13,461 bases of DNA from Floccifex sp. Lineage in GTDB: Bacteria; Bacillota_I; Bacilli_A; Erysipelotrichales; Erysipelotrichaceae. A program made the translations under genes and the position numbers. The notes under the pieces were generated by a model. It ran no database searches and had not been told where the DNA came from. It saw nothing but the letters and a program-made list of their open reading frames with translations. This document shows positions 1-6,434 of this stretch, in pieces (positions within the stretch are counted from its first letter, which is position 1; each line of letters begins with the position of its first letter). The stretch spans positions 1 to 13,461 of the forward strand of contig NZ_JBJEEY010000050.1 of the NCBI RefSeq assembly GCF_051873555.1, read 5' to 3'.

Positions 1-14
1 TAAAGGACATACAT

Positions 15-908
15 TTACTTATAGAAATCAGAAAGCATTTCAACGCATTTACGTTTTAATTCCATTTGTGGATGAACATAAATATTCATTGTTATTGATA
101 CATTAGAGTGTCCAAGTAATTCGCTTAATGATTTATAATCGCATCCACATTCAATACAACGTGTTGCAAATGTGTGTCTAAGTGCATGGAATGTCAAATG
201 TGGCAATTCAAGTTGTTTAAGTAATTTGTTATAGTAAAGCCTATACTTATTTGGTTCTATGTGTTTATCTCTGTTGGTTAATATGTAATGGTCATCTTGA
301 CCTTGTAATAAATTGGCATATTGCATTATCCATGAATTTAATGGAATGGTACGTAAGCTAGAACGTGTCTTTGGTGGTGTTATATTCAACTTTGATCCGT
401 CTTCTTTTGTATATGTACGAATCATTGTTTTATTAATATTTAAAAGTTTTGAAGAAAGGTTTATGTCACTCCATTTAAGAGCACATAATTCTCCAATTCT
501 AATTCCAGTATGTATGCATAATAAAATGCCAAAATTTTTATGATTTATATTTGACTGGAGGTAATTGATTAATGTTATTTGATTATCCTTATCAAAAATT
601 TCGACCTCCTTAGGGTTTTCGTATGGAAGTACTATTTTAAAATTATGATTGATTGTCAGTTTAAGAACAGTAATTATGTCTTTTGCATATTTATGTGATA
701 TGCCACCTTTTTTATCTACTCTTCCATGATCAATCTGATTTAAAATAAAATTTTGAAGAATTTCTTCATTTAATTTATCCATTTCATAATTCCCAATGTT
801 TGGAATAATTTGATTATGGATGATGTTAAAATAATTTGTATATGTTGAATATTTCAAATATATTTTTTGATTGTTTAACCAATCTTTTAAATATTGTTTA
901 TATAGCAT
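15..908 (-). CDS. Tyrosine site-specific recombinase/integrase, short XerC/D-like form without an arm-binding N-domain
   Basis: 297-aa ORF. The catalytic signature is readable in the translation: HTGIRIGELCALKW (Arg-I), HALRHTFAT (His-II/Arg-II), LLGHSNVSITMNIYVH (His-III and Tyr nucleophile). SD GGAGG (reverse complement of 916-920) lies 7 nt upstream of the ATG at 908. Confidence 0.9.
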   Translation of the reverse strand: MLYKQYLKDWLNNQKIYLKYSTYTNYFNIIHNQIIPNIGNYEMDKLNEEILQNFILNQIDHGRVDKKGGISHKYAKDIITVLKLTINHNFKIVLPYENPKEVEIFDKDNQITLINYLQSNINHKNFGILLCIHTGIRIGELCALKWSDINLSSKLLNINKTMIRTYTKEDGSKLNITPPKTRSSLRTIPLNSWIMQYANLLQGQDDHYILTNRDKHIEPNKYRLYYNKLLKQLELPHLTFHALRHTFATRCIECGCDYKSLSELLGHSNVSITMNIYVHPQMELKRKCVEMLSDFYK

Positions 909-953
909 AAGGTTTCCTCCTTGTGCTTTTTATTTTATCTAAAGGAGAAAAAA

Positions 954-1637
954 ATGGAAAATGAAGTATTAATCACAGATATATCTAAAGATATAAATAT
1001 TGGTTCAATAACAATTAGTCTTGTAAATGAATGCATTCAAATGATTAATGATTTGCTAAATATCACTTTTTTATTTGACGGTGATATTAGCGATTTATAT
1101 TCAAATTTTAATGATACTGAAGAAATTATTTATGGAGATGAAACATATAGTGGTTTTACTATTATCAAAGAATTTGGATTTAAATACGATAATGAGAACA
1201 AAAAAATTTATAGAGTAGTTCTTGTACAGCCAGAAAAAGAATATGAATTACCAAATGATATTTTATATGCGATTGATTTTGCGGTTGAAAATATGGACGA
1301 TGAACAGGCTTTAAATTGTTTTTCTATTTTCCCTTTATGGGAAGAAGGTATTACATATTCTGAAGGAAATAGAGTCCAATACAATGACAAATTATATAAA
1401 GTTTTACAAAATCATATTTCTCAAAACGATTGGACTCCTGATACAGCTTCTTCATTATTCGTTGAAATTTCAGATCCAAATATAGAATATCCTGAATTCG
1501 TTCAGCCAACTGGTTCACATGATGCTTATAGTCAAGGTTCAAAGATTACATTTGAAGGTATTAAGTATGTTTCTTTGATTGACAACAATGTTTGGTCTCC
1601 GATTTCATATCCTAGTGGATGGGAAGAAGTAGTTTAA
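954..1637 (+). CDS. Phage-associated protein with two C-terminal CBM5/12-like (chitin/carbohydrate-binding) repeats and no signal peptide
   Basis: The ATG at 954 has SD AAAGGAG (941-947) 6 nt upstream. The track's TTG at 921 has no SD. Repeat 1, WEEGITYSEGNRVQYNDKLYKVLQNHISQNDWTPDTASSLF, fits the ChiC-type pattern W-x2-G-x2-Y-x2-G-x2-V-x-Y-x-x-K-x-Y-K-x-L-Q-x-H-x-S-x3-W-x-P-x5-L-[WF]. A second, degenerate copy is YSQGSKITFEGIKYVSLIDNNVWSPISYPSGW. Confidence 0.65.
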   Translation: MENEVLITDISKDINIGSITISLVNECIQMINDLLNITFLFDGDISDLYSNFNDTEEIIYGDETYSGFTIIKEFGFKYDNENKKIYRVVLVQPEKEYELPNDILYAIDFAVENMDDEQALNCFSIFPLWEEGITYSEGNRVQYNDKLYKVLQNHISQNDWTPDTASSLFVEISDPNIEYPEFVQPTGSHDAYSQGSKITFEGIKYVSLIDNNVWSPISYPSGWEEVV

Positions 1638-1654
1638 AAGAAAGTAGGTTTATT

Positions 1655-2113
1655 ATGAAAAACAATATTTTTGATTTTGTTGACTCTTACAACACAGTTG
1701 TAGGAGCAATCATTGCTTTTTTAACAATGATTTTTGGTGAACACTGGTATTTATTTGCTTTGTTTTTATTATTGAATGTAATTGATTGGTTGACTGGATG
1801 GATGAAATCAAACATTAATCACAAGACAAATTCAAACAAAGGATGGACTGGCGTTCTAAAGAAATTAGGATACTGGATCATGATCATTTTTGCTTTTGCG
1901 ATTGCAGCAGGCTTAATTGAAATTGGAAATACAATCGGAGTTGATTTGGGTATCACAACTATTTTAGGATGGTTCGTACTTGCGTCATTAATTGTAAATG
2001 AAGCCAGATCCATTGTAGAAAACTTTGTTGAAGCTGGTTATGATGTACCTAAAATTTTGACAAACGGATTAGAAATTGCGGATAAGATGATTAATAAAGA
2101 CAATGTGGAGTAA
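1655..2113 (+). CDS. Holin, phage_holin_4_1 / TcdE-like family (toxin secretion/phage lysis holin)
   Basis: There are 3-4 hydrophobic helices (VVGAIIAFLTMIFG, YLFALFLLLNVIDWLTGW, LGYWIMIIFAFAIAAGLI, ITTILGWFVLASLIV), then the family-typical NEARSIVEN motif, and the gene sits immediately upstream of an endolysin. An in-frame alternative ATG at 1619 would add MGRSSLKESRFI. Confidence 0.8.
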   Translation: MKNNIFDFVDSYNTVVGAIIAFLTMIFGEHWYLFALFLLLNVIDWLTGWMKSNINHKTNSNKGWTGVLKKLGYWIMIIFAFAIAAGLIEIGNTIGVDLGITTILGWFVLASLIVNEARSIVENFVEAGYDVPKILTNGLEIADKMINKDNVE

Positions 2114-2177
2114 ATGTATGGCATGTAAGACAAAGAAAAAAGGCGGGAAAAAAGGTAAGTAGAAAAGAGGTTACGAA

Positions 2178-3083
2178 ATGAAACCGAATACTAAATATTT
2201 AGATGAAAATGGCTATGAATTTTTTATGATGCCATTTTCCAAAATGAATATCACTCAGGGATCAAATACATGGAGCCACAGTGGTGTCATGGCGATTGAT
2301 GTAACCAATGGTGATGGTTCAAAGGCTCCATATTATTCACCATGTACATGTAAGTGTATCGCTACCTATCCACAGAGTGGCCAGGCAGTATGGGTATCGA
2401 CTAATAAGGTACATTTTGCCAATGGTAATATCAATTATGTTGTATTTGTTACAGCACATGATGAGTCATTCAATGCCTATGTTGGCATGACAATTCCACA
2501 GGGAAGTCAGATTGCCAATATGGGTAATAAAGGTGTTGGAACTGGAACGCATGCTCATTTTCAGGTTGGTGTAGGATATCCAAACACATGGGGCATTGTT
2601 AAAGGATACTTCACATTGAGTGGTGTTAGATACCCTGTTTATGGGTTCCAATACGAACCATACGATATTGACGACTTATGTTTTATCAATGACACGACTA
2701 TCATAGGCGGAAGTGGAAACTGGAAAAAATGTACTCCAGTATCAAATGTGAATCAAGCACCATCTGTTCCAACATCATCTGAAGAAATTGATCAGATTCT
2801 GCATGTCGGAAGCTATGTAACTTCTGGTCCAATGAAAATTGGTAATCAAGGTCTTAAAACTATTAATGGAAGTTTATGTTGTTATCTTGCTGAAATAGGA
2901 GGATGGTTTCCAATTGAATATGTATCGGAATATGATGCCAGTGATGGCAAAAAGGATAACTACCTTGCCAACACCAATGCTAGAGTATATATCGACAGAG
3001 TCAGAGTCGATTCTATCAAAAATGGACTGGCACAGATCCATGGTATATGGGTAAAGGCCGGGCCACTTGTAGAGGTTAAATAA
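2178..3083 (+). CDS. Endolysin: N-terminal M23/LAS-type metallopeptidase-like domain plus C-terminal SH3b-like cell-wall-binding domain
   Basis: SD AAAGAGG lies 7 nt upstream. WSHSGVMAIDV and VGMTIPQGSQIANMGNKGVGTGTHAHFQVG match the M23 layout (H..D, then G-x-x-G-x-tG-x-H-x-H). A Ser/Pro-rich linker (NQAPSVPTSSEE) precedes a roughly 95-aa C-terminal domain. The family call comes from motif reading only. Confidence 0.65.
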   Translation: MKPNTKYLDENGYEFFMMPFSKMNITQGSNTWSHSGVMAIDVTNGDGSKAPYYSPCTCKCIATYPQSGQAVWVSTNKVHFANGNINYVVFVTAHDESFNAYVGMTIPQGSQIANMGNKGVGTGTHAHFQVGVGYPNTWGIVKGYFTLSGVRYPVYGFQYEPYDIDDLCFINDTTIIGGSGNWKKCTPVSNVNQAPSVPTSSEEIDQILHVGSYVTSGPMKIGNQGLKTINGSLCCYLAEIGGWFPIEYVSEYDASDGKKDNYLANTNARVYIDRVRVDSIKNGLAQIHGIWVKAGPLVEVK

Positions 3084-3415
3084 TGACTAAAATTGAAGGA
3101 ACTACGATATCAATAACTAGAGGAGATACATTAAATGTTTCCATTAATCTAACATATCAAGATGGAAGTCAGTATGTAAAACATGAAGGTGATACAATAC
3201 GATTTGCAATGAAAAAAAATTATACTGATGATGTATGCATACTTAAAAAGGATATTCCAGTTGATACAATGGTTTTGAGACTTGAATCAGAAGAAACAAA
3301 AAACTTAGAAATGGGAACTACATATGTATACGATATTCAATTGACTATGTACGATGGTACAGTTAATACTTTCATTGATAAAGGGAAATTAAAAATTACA
3401 GAAGAAGTGGACTAA
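3083..3415 (+). CDS. Small phage protein, function unknown (beta-rich, structural-looking)
   Basis: 110-aa ORF. The start overlaps the endolysin stop (TAATG) and SD AGAGG lies upstream. No recognisable motif. Confidence 0.6.
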   Translation: MTKIEGTTISITRGDTLNVSINLTYQDGSQYVKHEGDTIRFAMKKNYTDDVCILKKDIPVDTMVLRLESEETKNLEMGTTYVYDIQLTMYDGTVNTFIDKGKLKITEEVD

Positions 3416-3777
3416 TGAATATAAATAATAATCTAAAAGTTAAAATAAATGATGAAAATAAAATTGAATCAAGTATATCGAATTGTTATTTAGGATGTAT
3501 TTTGAATAATGAATATATCCAATGTGAATTAAGAACTGATGATATTATTGATGTATCAATTATATCTAATAAAATGGATTCATCATTATCAATAGGACAA
3601 TCTGATTTTGATATTTATAAAGGGGATACAATTGTATCTCCTAAAGCATTTGAAAACCAGATACTTAATACTAAATCAAAACTTTTAAAAGAAGATATTA
3701 CGGTTCTTAAAGTTCCTTATTATGAAGTGTCAAATAATAATGGAAATACTGTGTATATTGCTAGTGAGGTGATATGA
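3415..3777 (+). CDS. Phage protein carrying the 'module B' C-terminus shared with the next ORF (fibre/RBP-associated)
   Basis: 120-aa ORF with a TAATG overlap with the upstream gene. The C-terminus IVSPKAFENQILNTKSKLLKEDITVLKVPYYEVSNNNGNTVYI aligns by eye with TVTPSTLSQTIQPDSGYDYLSSVTVNPIPYSESANSAGGTTVTI of ORF 3777-4346. Confidence 0.6.
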   Translation: MNINNNLKVKINDENKIESSISNCYLGCILNNEYIQCELRTDDIIDVSIISNKMDSSLSIGQSDFDIYKGDTIVSPKAFENQILNTKSKLLKEDITVLKVPYYEVSNNNGNTVYIASEVI

Positions 3778-4346
3778 TGGCGATAAATAAAATTATATAT
3801 GGAGGCAACACACTTATTGACCTTACATCTGATACAGCTGATGAGTCAACTGTTATTAAGGGTGCAACTTTCCATAAATCAGATGGAACAAAGTCAACTG
3901 GTACATGCACATATGATTCAGATACAAGCGATGCAACTGTACAGGTTGCAGAAATGTTAATCAATAAAACGGCTTATGCACGTGGCTCTAAAATGACTGG
4001 TACAATGCCTAATAATGGGGCAATTACTGGAGAAATATCGAATCTTAATGATTACACAATTCCACAAGGATATCACGATGGAAGCGGAACAGTTGGGATT
4101 TCAATTTCAGATAAAAGTAAACTTATTGCTGGAAACATTAAAAGTGGAATAACAATATTAGGTGTAGAAGGTTCTTATACTGGATCGTCAATTAATTCGC
4201 AATCTAAAACAGTAACTCCATCTACTTTATCACAGACAATTCAACCAGATAGCGGGTATGATTACTTATCCAGTGTTACGGTAAATCCAATTCCTTATTC
4301 TGAATCAGCAAATTCTGCTGGTGGAACGACTGTTACGATTGGGTAA
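3777..4346 (+). CDS. Tail-fibre/receptor-binding-like protein (module A N-terminus plus module B C-terminus)
   Basis: SD GAGGTG (3766-3771) favours the ATG at 3777 over 3774. The N-terminus MAINKIIYGGNTLIDLTSDT... is paralogous to that of ORF 4352. The protein is Gly/Ser/Thr-rich, a composition typical of fibre proteins. Confidence 0.6.
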   Translation: MAINKIIYGGNTLIDLTSDTADESTVIKGATFHKSDGTKSTGTCTYDSDTSDATVQVAEMLINKTAYARGSKMTGTMPNNGAITGEISNLNDYTIPQGYHDGSGTVGISISDKSKLIAGNIKSGITILGVEGSYTGSSINSQSKTVTPSTLSQTIQPDSGYDYLSSVTVNPIPYSESANSAGGTTVTIG

Positions 4347-4351
4347 ATAAA

Positions 4352-4834
4352 ATGAGTGTAAATAAAGTTATATATGGTACTGATGTACTAATTGATTTAA
4401 CAAGTGATACAGTAACACCTAATGCATTATTAAACGGGTTCACCGCCCATGATAAAAGTGGAAATATTATTAATGGAACATTGGAACAGAGTGGTGTAAG
4501 TTCAAAGAATGTACAATTTTATAAAGGTATAGGATACGTAAGAGCAACATCATATACATCAACTGATGTATCTATTACGGTTGAAAAAAGTGGAACATAC
4601 AACATTAGTTGGATAGGATTCAGGCAAAGCACAGGCGGGACAAATGGCTCGCAATTGTATATAAATGGTTCGGCTTATGGAAGTTCCAATACTTCATTTA
4701 CAAGTTCATATTCTCAATCTAATACATTATCAAATGTTTCATTAAATGAAGGGGATGTTATTGTCGTACGTGCTAGATCAAGAAGTACAAGTTATTACAT
4801 GTTTGTAGGTGGTCTTATTATAGAAGAGGTTTAA
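4352..4834 (+). CDS. Tail-fibre/receptor-binding-like paralog (module A N-terminus plus an unrelated Ser/Thr/Tyr-rich C-terminal domain)
   Basis: MSVNKVIYGTDVLIDLTSDTVTPNALLNGFTAHDKSGNIINGT shares about 20 of 43 residues with the N-terminus of ORF 3777. The C-terminal 115 aa are unrelated. Confidence 0.6.
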   Translation: MSVNKVIYGTDVLIDLTSDTVTPNALLNGFTAHDKSGNIINGTLEQSGVSSKNVQFYKGIGYVRATSYTSTDVSITVEKSGTYNISWIGFRQSTGGTNGSQLYINGSAYGSSNTSFTSSYSQSNTLSNVSLNEGDVIVVRARSRSTSYYMFVGGLIIEEV

Positions 4835-4990
4835 ATGATTGAATTTGATATTATTTTTGAAAAACATTGCAAAAACTGCATACATAATGAATTTGATCAT
4901 TGGTGTAATGTATATGATTGCAATCCGTTTAAAGCACTATCTATTTGTAAAACTTTCAATTTTGAGTTAGAAAAAGAGAAAGAAGATTAA
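4835..4990 (+). CDS. Small Cys/His-rich protein (51 aa), possible zinc-ribbon-like; absent from the ORF track because it is under 60 aa
   Basis: The ATG abuts the upstream stop (TAAATG) and SD GAAGAGG lies 5 nt upstream. Translation: MIEFDIIFEKHCKNCIHNEFDHWCNVYDCNPFKALSICKTFNFELEKEKED, with HCxxCxH ... HWCx4C. It is the last gene before the operon terminator. Confidence 0.5.
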   Translation: MIEFDIIFEKHCKNCIHNEFDHWCNVYDCNPFKALSICKTFNFELEKEKED

Positions 4991-5007
4991 AATTTATTTT
5001 GACATAA

Positions 5008-5036
5008 TGCCGGCTATAAAAGCTGGCATTTTTTTT
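5008..5036 (+). terminator. Rho-independent terminator of the phage-derived operon
   Basis: TGCCGGCT (5008-5015) pairs with AGCTGGCA (5021-5028): an 8-bp stem with one G-U, a 5-nt loop, then T8 (5029-5036). Confidence 0.8.
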
Positions 5037-5192
5037 ATTTTATAATTCATAAAAAATTCATAATATTTACATAAAATTAAAAAAAGTAACATAAAATAAT
5101 ATCATTTATGTACTGTTTTCATACATTTTTAATTAAAAATTATATGAAAAAGCTTTGTGAATATTTCTCCTCACCTCCACCAAGTAAAAAAT

Positions 5193-5239
5193 AAAAGTGT
5201 CAAAAATGCTTTAAATAAAGCAAATTTGGCACTTTTTTT
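5193..5239 (+). terminator. Orphan strong hairpin plus T7 with no associated ORF; possibly the 3' end of a small RNA
   Basis: AGTGTCAAA (5196-5204) pairs with TTTGGCACT (5225-5233). An inner stem TGCTTTA (5207-5213) pairs with TAAAGCA (5216-5222). The T-run is 5233-5239. An A-run upstream makes it potentially bidirectional. Confidence 0.55.
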
Positions 5240-5316
5240 GATTTTAAAATTATCGTCTGACTAACAATTTGACTAACATTTTGAAAAAAATGAAGATTTT
5301 AGACCTCAAAAGCAAT

Positions 5317-5342
5317 AAAAAATAGGCATTATTTAATGCCTA
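5317..5342 (-). terminator. Rho-independent terminator of the XRE gene, overlapping its last four codons
   Basis: TAGGCATT (5323-5330) pairs with AATGCCTA (5335-5342): an 8-bp stem with a 4-nt loop. On the minus strand it is followed by U6 (A-run 5317-5322 on plus). Confidence 0.6.
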
Positions 5343-6351
5343 AATTACTACGAGCAATATCTAATTGTTCTTCAATCTTTTCCTTATATTTTTCTAAATC
5401 AAGAATGAATGAATCCATTTCACCATTTAACATATCTAATAGTGGTTTAACAGCTATTTCGAACAAATCATCGTTTATATTTCGTAATCCATTCATAATT
5501 CTATTTTTATATGAAACATCTAATAAATCTGGATATAGATCATTTTGATATATTTCAATAGCTTGTTTGATGTATTCTAATGAACTGTTCATATGGTGTA
5601 TTGGAATTGCCAAATAGCTTAATTGCAACAAATCCACAACCTTTTCCTTGTATTTACACAATTCTTTAAAGTCATTTTTATTTAAATCATTTAATACTTT
5701 GCTTTTATATGAAATTGTAACCGCAACAGCATCTGTAAATCCTTCTTTATATGATTTCCAATCACTAGCAGGAATAATACGATCACCATTTAATGAATCA
5801 AAGATATGGTTACGAATATCAAGCTGATTGATATTTTTTATGCCAATTTCATAAAATATCATTTCTAATTCATCAAGAGGTGTACCAATTAACTGAGTGT
5901 TTTGATCTGCAGAAGTGATATTTTTCAATCTTGGACCTTCTTGAGCTTCTCTCACAACATCATAAATTTGGAGAGCCATATTTACCTTTGTATCAGTATT
6001 GCTTTTTTCAAAAGTGAAATTAGCAGCCTTGATAGCAGACTTAAAACTTTGATTTAGATTATGTTCTTCAATTTTAGTTCCAGCTAAGTCAGACAATGAT
6101 TCTATTAGATTAACCGCATTCCCTTTGGAATCAAAGGGTTCACCAGTAAAGTATTCTACCGGCAAATCAAAATAATCTGCAATTTTTTGAATTGTAGCCT
6201 TTGATGGGGTTAATTTTCCAGATATATATTGCTGTACTGTAACTCGATTTAATTCTATTTCTTTAGAGAATTGAGTAACTGTAAGGTTATTATCAGCAAT
6301 TATTTTTTTTAATGCATCACCATTGAATTGGGTGTTCTTATAACTTGCCAT
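5329..6351 (-). CDS. XRE-family HTH DNA-binding protein with a roughly 270-aa uncharacterised, mostly helical C-terminal domain
   Basis: The N-terminus LKKIIADNNLTVTQFSKEIELNRVTVQQYISGKLTPSKATIQKIADYFDLPVEYF is a classic Cro/C1-type HTH. The rest has no recognisable catalytic motif. It is divergent from the int/rep/mob operon. Confidence 0.85.
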   Translation of the reverse strand: MASYKNTQFNGDALKKIIADNNLTVTQFSKEIELNRVTVQQYISGKLTPSKATIQKIADYFDLPVEYFTGEPFDSKGNAVNLIESLSDLAGTKIEEHNLNQSFKSAIKAANFTFEKSNTDTKVNMALQIYDVVREAQEGPRLKNITSADQNTQLIGTPLDELEMIFYEIGIKNINQLDIRNHIFDSLNGDRIIPASDWKSYKEGFTDAVAVTISYKSKVLNDLNKNDFKELCKYKEKVVDLLQLSYLAIPIHHMNSSLEYIKQAIEIYQNDLYPDLLDVSYKNRIMNGLRNINDDLFEIAVKPLLDMLNGEMDSFILDLEKYKEKIEEQLDIARSNLGIK

Positions 6352-6357
6352 GCTCTA

Positions 6358-6363
6358 ATTATA
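6358..6363 (-). promoter_or_regulatory. -10 box (TATAAT) placed for a leaderless transcript of the XRE gene
   Basis: The minus strand reads CATGTATAATTAGAGC-ATG. A perfect TATAAT lies 6 nt from the start codon and there is no SD. Only a weak -35-like sequence lies upstream. Confidence 0.4.
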
Positions 6364-6405
6364 CATGATTTTAATACATATGTTTTAAAAAAGTATTATT
6401 TTAAT

Positions 6406-6434
6406 TTGACAAGCCCTACAAAACACCCTACAAT
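6406..6434 (+). promoter_or_regulatory. Near-consensus sigma-A promoter of the IME operon
   Basis: TTGACA (6406-6411), a 17-nt spacer, then TACAAT (6429-6434). It sits about 39 nt upstream of the ATG at 6473. Confidence 0.7.

Larger units (their letters stand above)
15..5036 (+). mobile_element. Prophage-derived block (recombinase plus late/lysis/fibre-like operon); probably a remnant, since no head, tail, packaging or replication genes are present
   Basis: Holin, endolysin and fibre-like ORFs lie in one translationally coupled operon (TAATG and ATGA overlaps at 3083, 3415, 3775 and 4834/4835). The operon is bounded by a recombinase gene and a strong terminator. Boundaries were not verified. 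Confidence 0.5.

Noticed and set aside
313-543. 76-aa plus-strand ORF from the track
   Set aside because: It lies entirely antisense inside the well-supported recombinase CDS (15-908), has no SD, and its composition is hydrophobic junk. I treat it as a shadow ORF.
927-938. 12-bp direct repeat TTTTTATTTTAT at 927-938 and 5032-5043, considered as att sites flanking the phage-derived operon
   Set aside because: The sequence is low-complexity and T-rich in an AT-rich genome, and the second copy is simply the terminator T-tract. A chance match is likely.
921-953. TTG start at 921 for the CBM-repeat protein (MCFLFYLKEKK extension)
   Set aside because: There is no SD upstream, and the extension would overlap the recombinase SD region. 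The ATG at 954 has a well-spaced AAAGGAG.
909-953. Invertible promoter or shufflon controlled by the adjacent short tyrosine recombinase
   Set aside because: The intergenic region is only 45 bp. I found no inverted repeats bracketing it or the fibre-like genes, and the module A copies are in direct, not inverted, orientation.
1208-2651. Track ORFs 1208-1390(-), 1351-1542(-), 1819-2013(-), 2308-2490(+) and 2466-2651(-)
   Set aside because: All are antisense or out-of-frame overlaps of longer ORFs that have recognisable domains (CBM repeats, holin, endolysin). None has an SD.
3761-3964. 67-aa minus-strand ORF
   Set aside because: It is antisense to the fibre-like gene within a tightly coupled plus-strand operon, and it has no expression signals.
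5144-5194. 16-codon ORF MKKLCEYFSSPPPSKK running through the CU-rich motif
   Set aside because: There is no SD upstream (TTAATTAAAAATTAT-ATG). The CU-rich motif is better explained as RNA sequence or as a minus-strand SD relic.
5334-5342. TAATGCCTA shared between 5334-5342 and 11260-11268, considered as attL/attR of the IME
   Set aside because: A single 9-mer match between two AT-rich intervals of several hundred bp is expected by chance. The left copy is also the arm of the XRE terminator.
5336-5548. 70-aa plus-strand ORF
   Set aside because: It is antisense within the XRE-family CDS, and its start lies inside the terminator hairpin.
6303-6310. A8/T8 homopolymer in codons 14-17 of the XRE gene, considered as a slipped-strand phase-variation switch (similar runs occur elsewhere, for example near 3213)
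   Set aside because: Runs of 7-9 A or T are frequent throughout this AT-rich window. There is no evidence of length variation from a single sequence.
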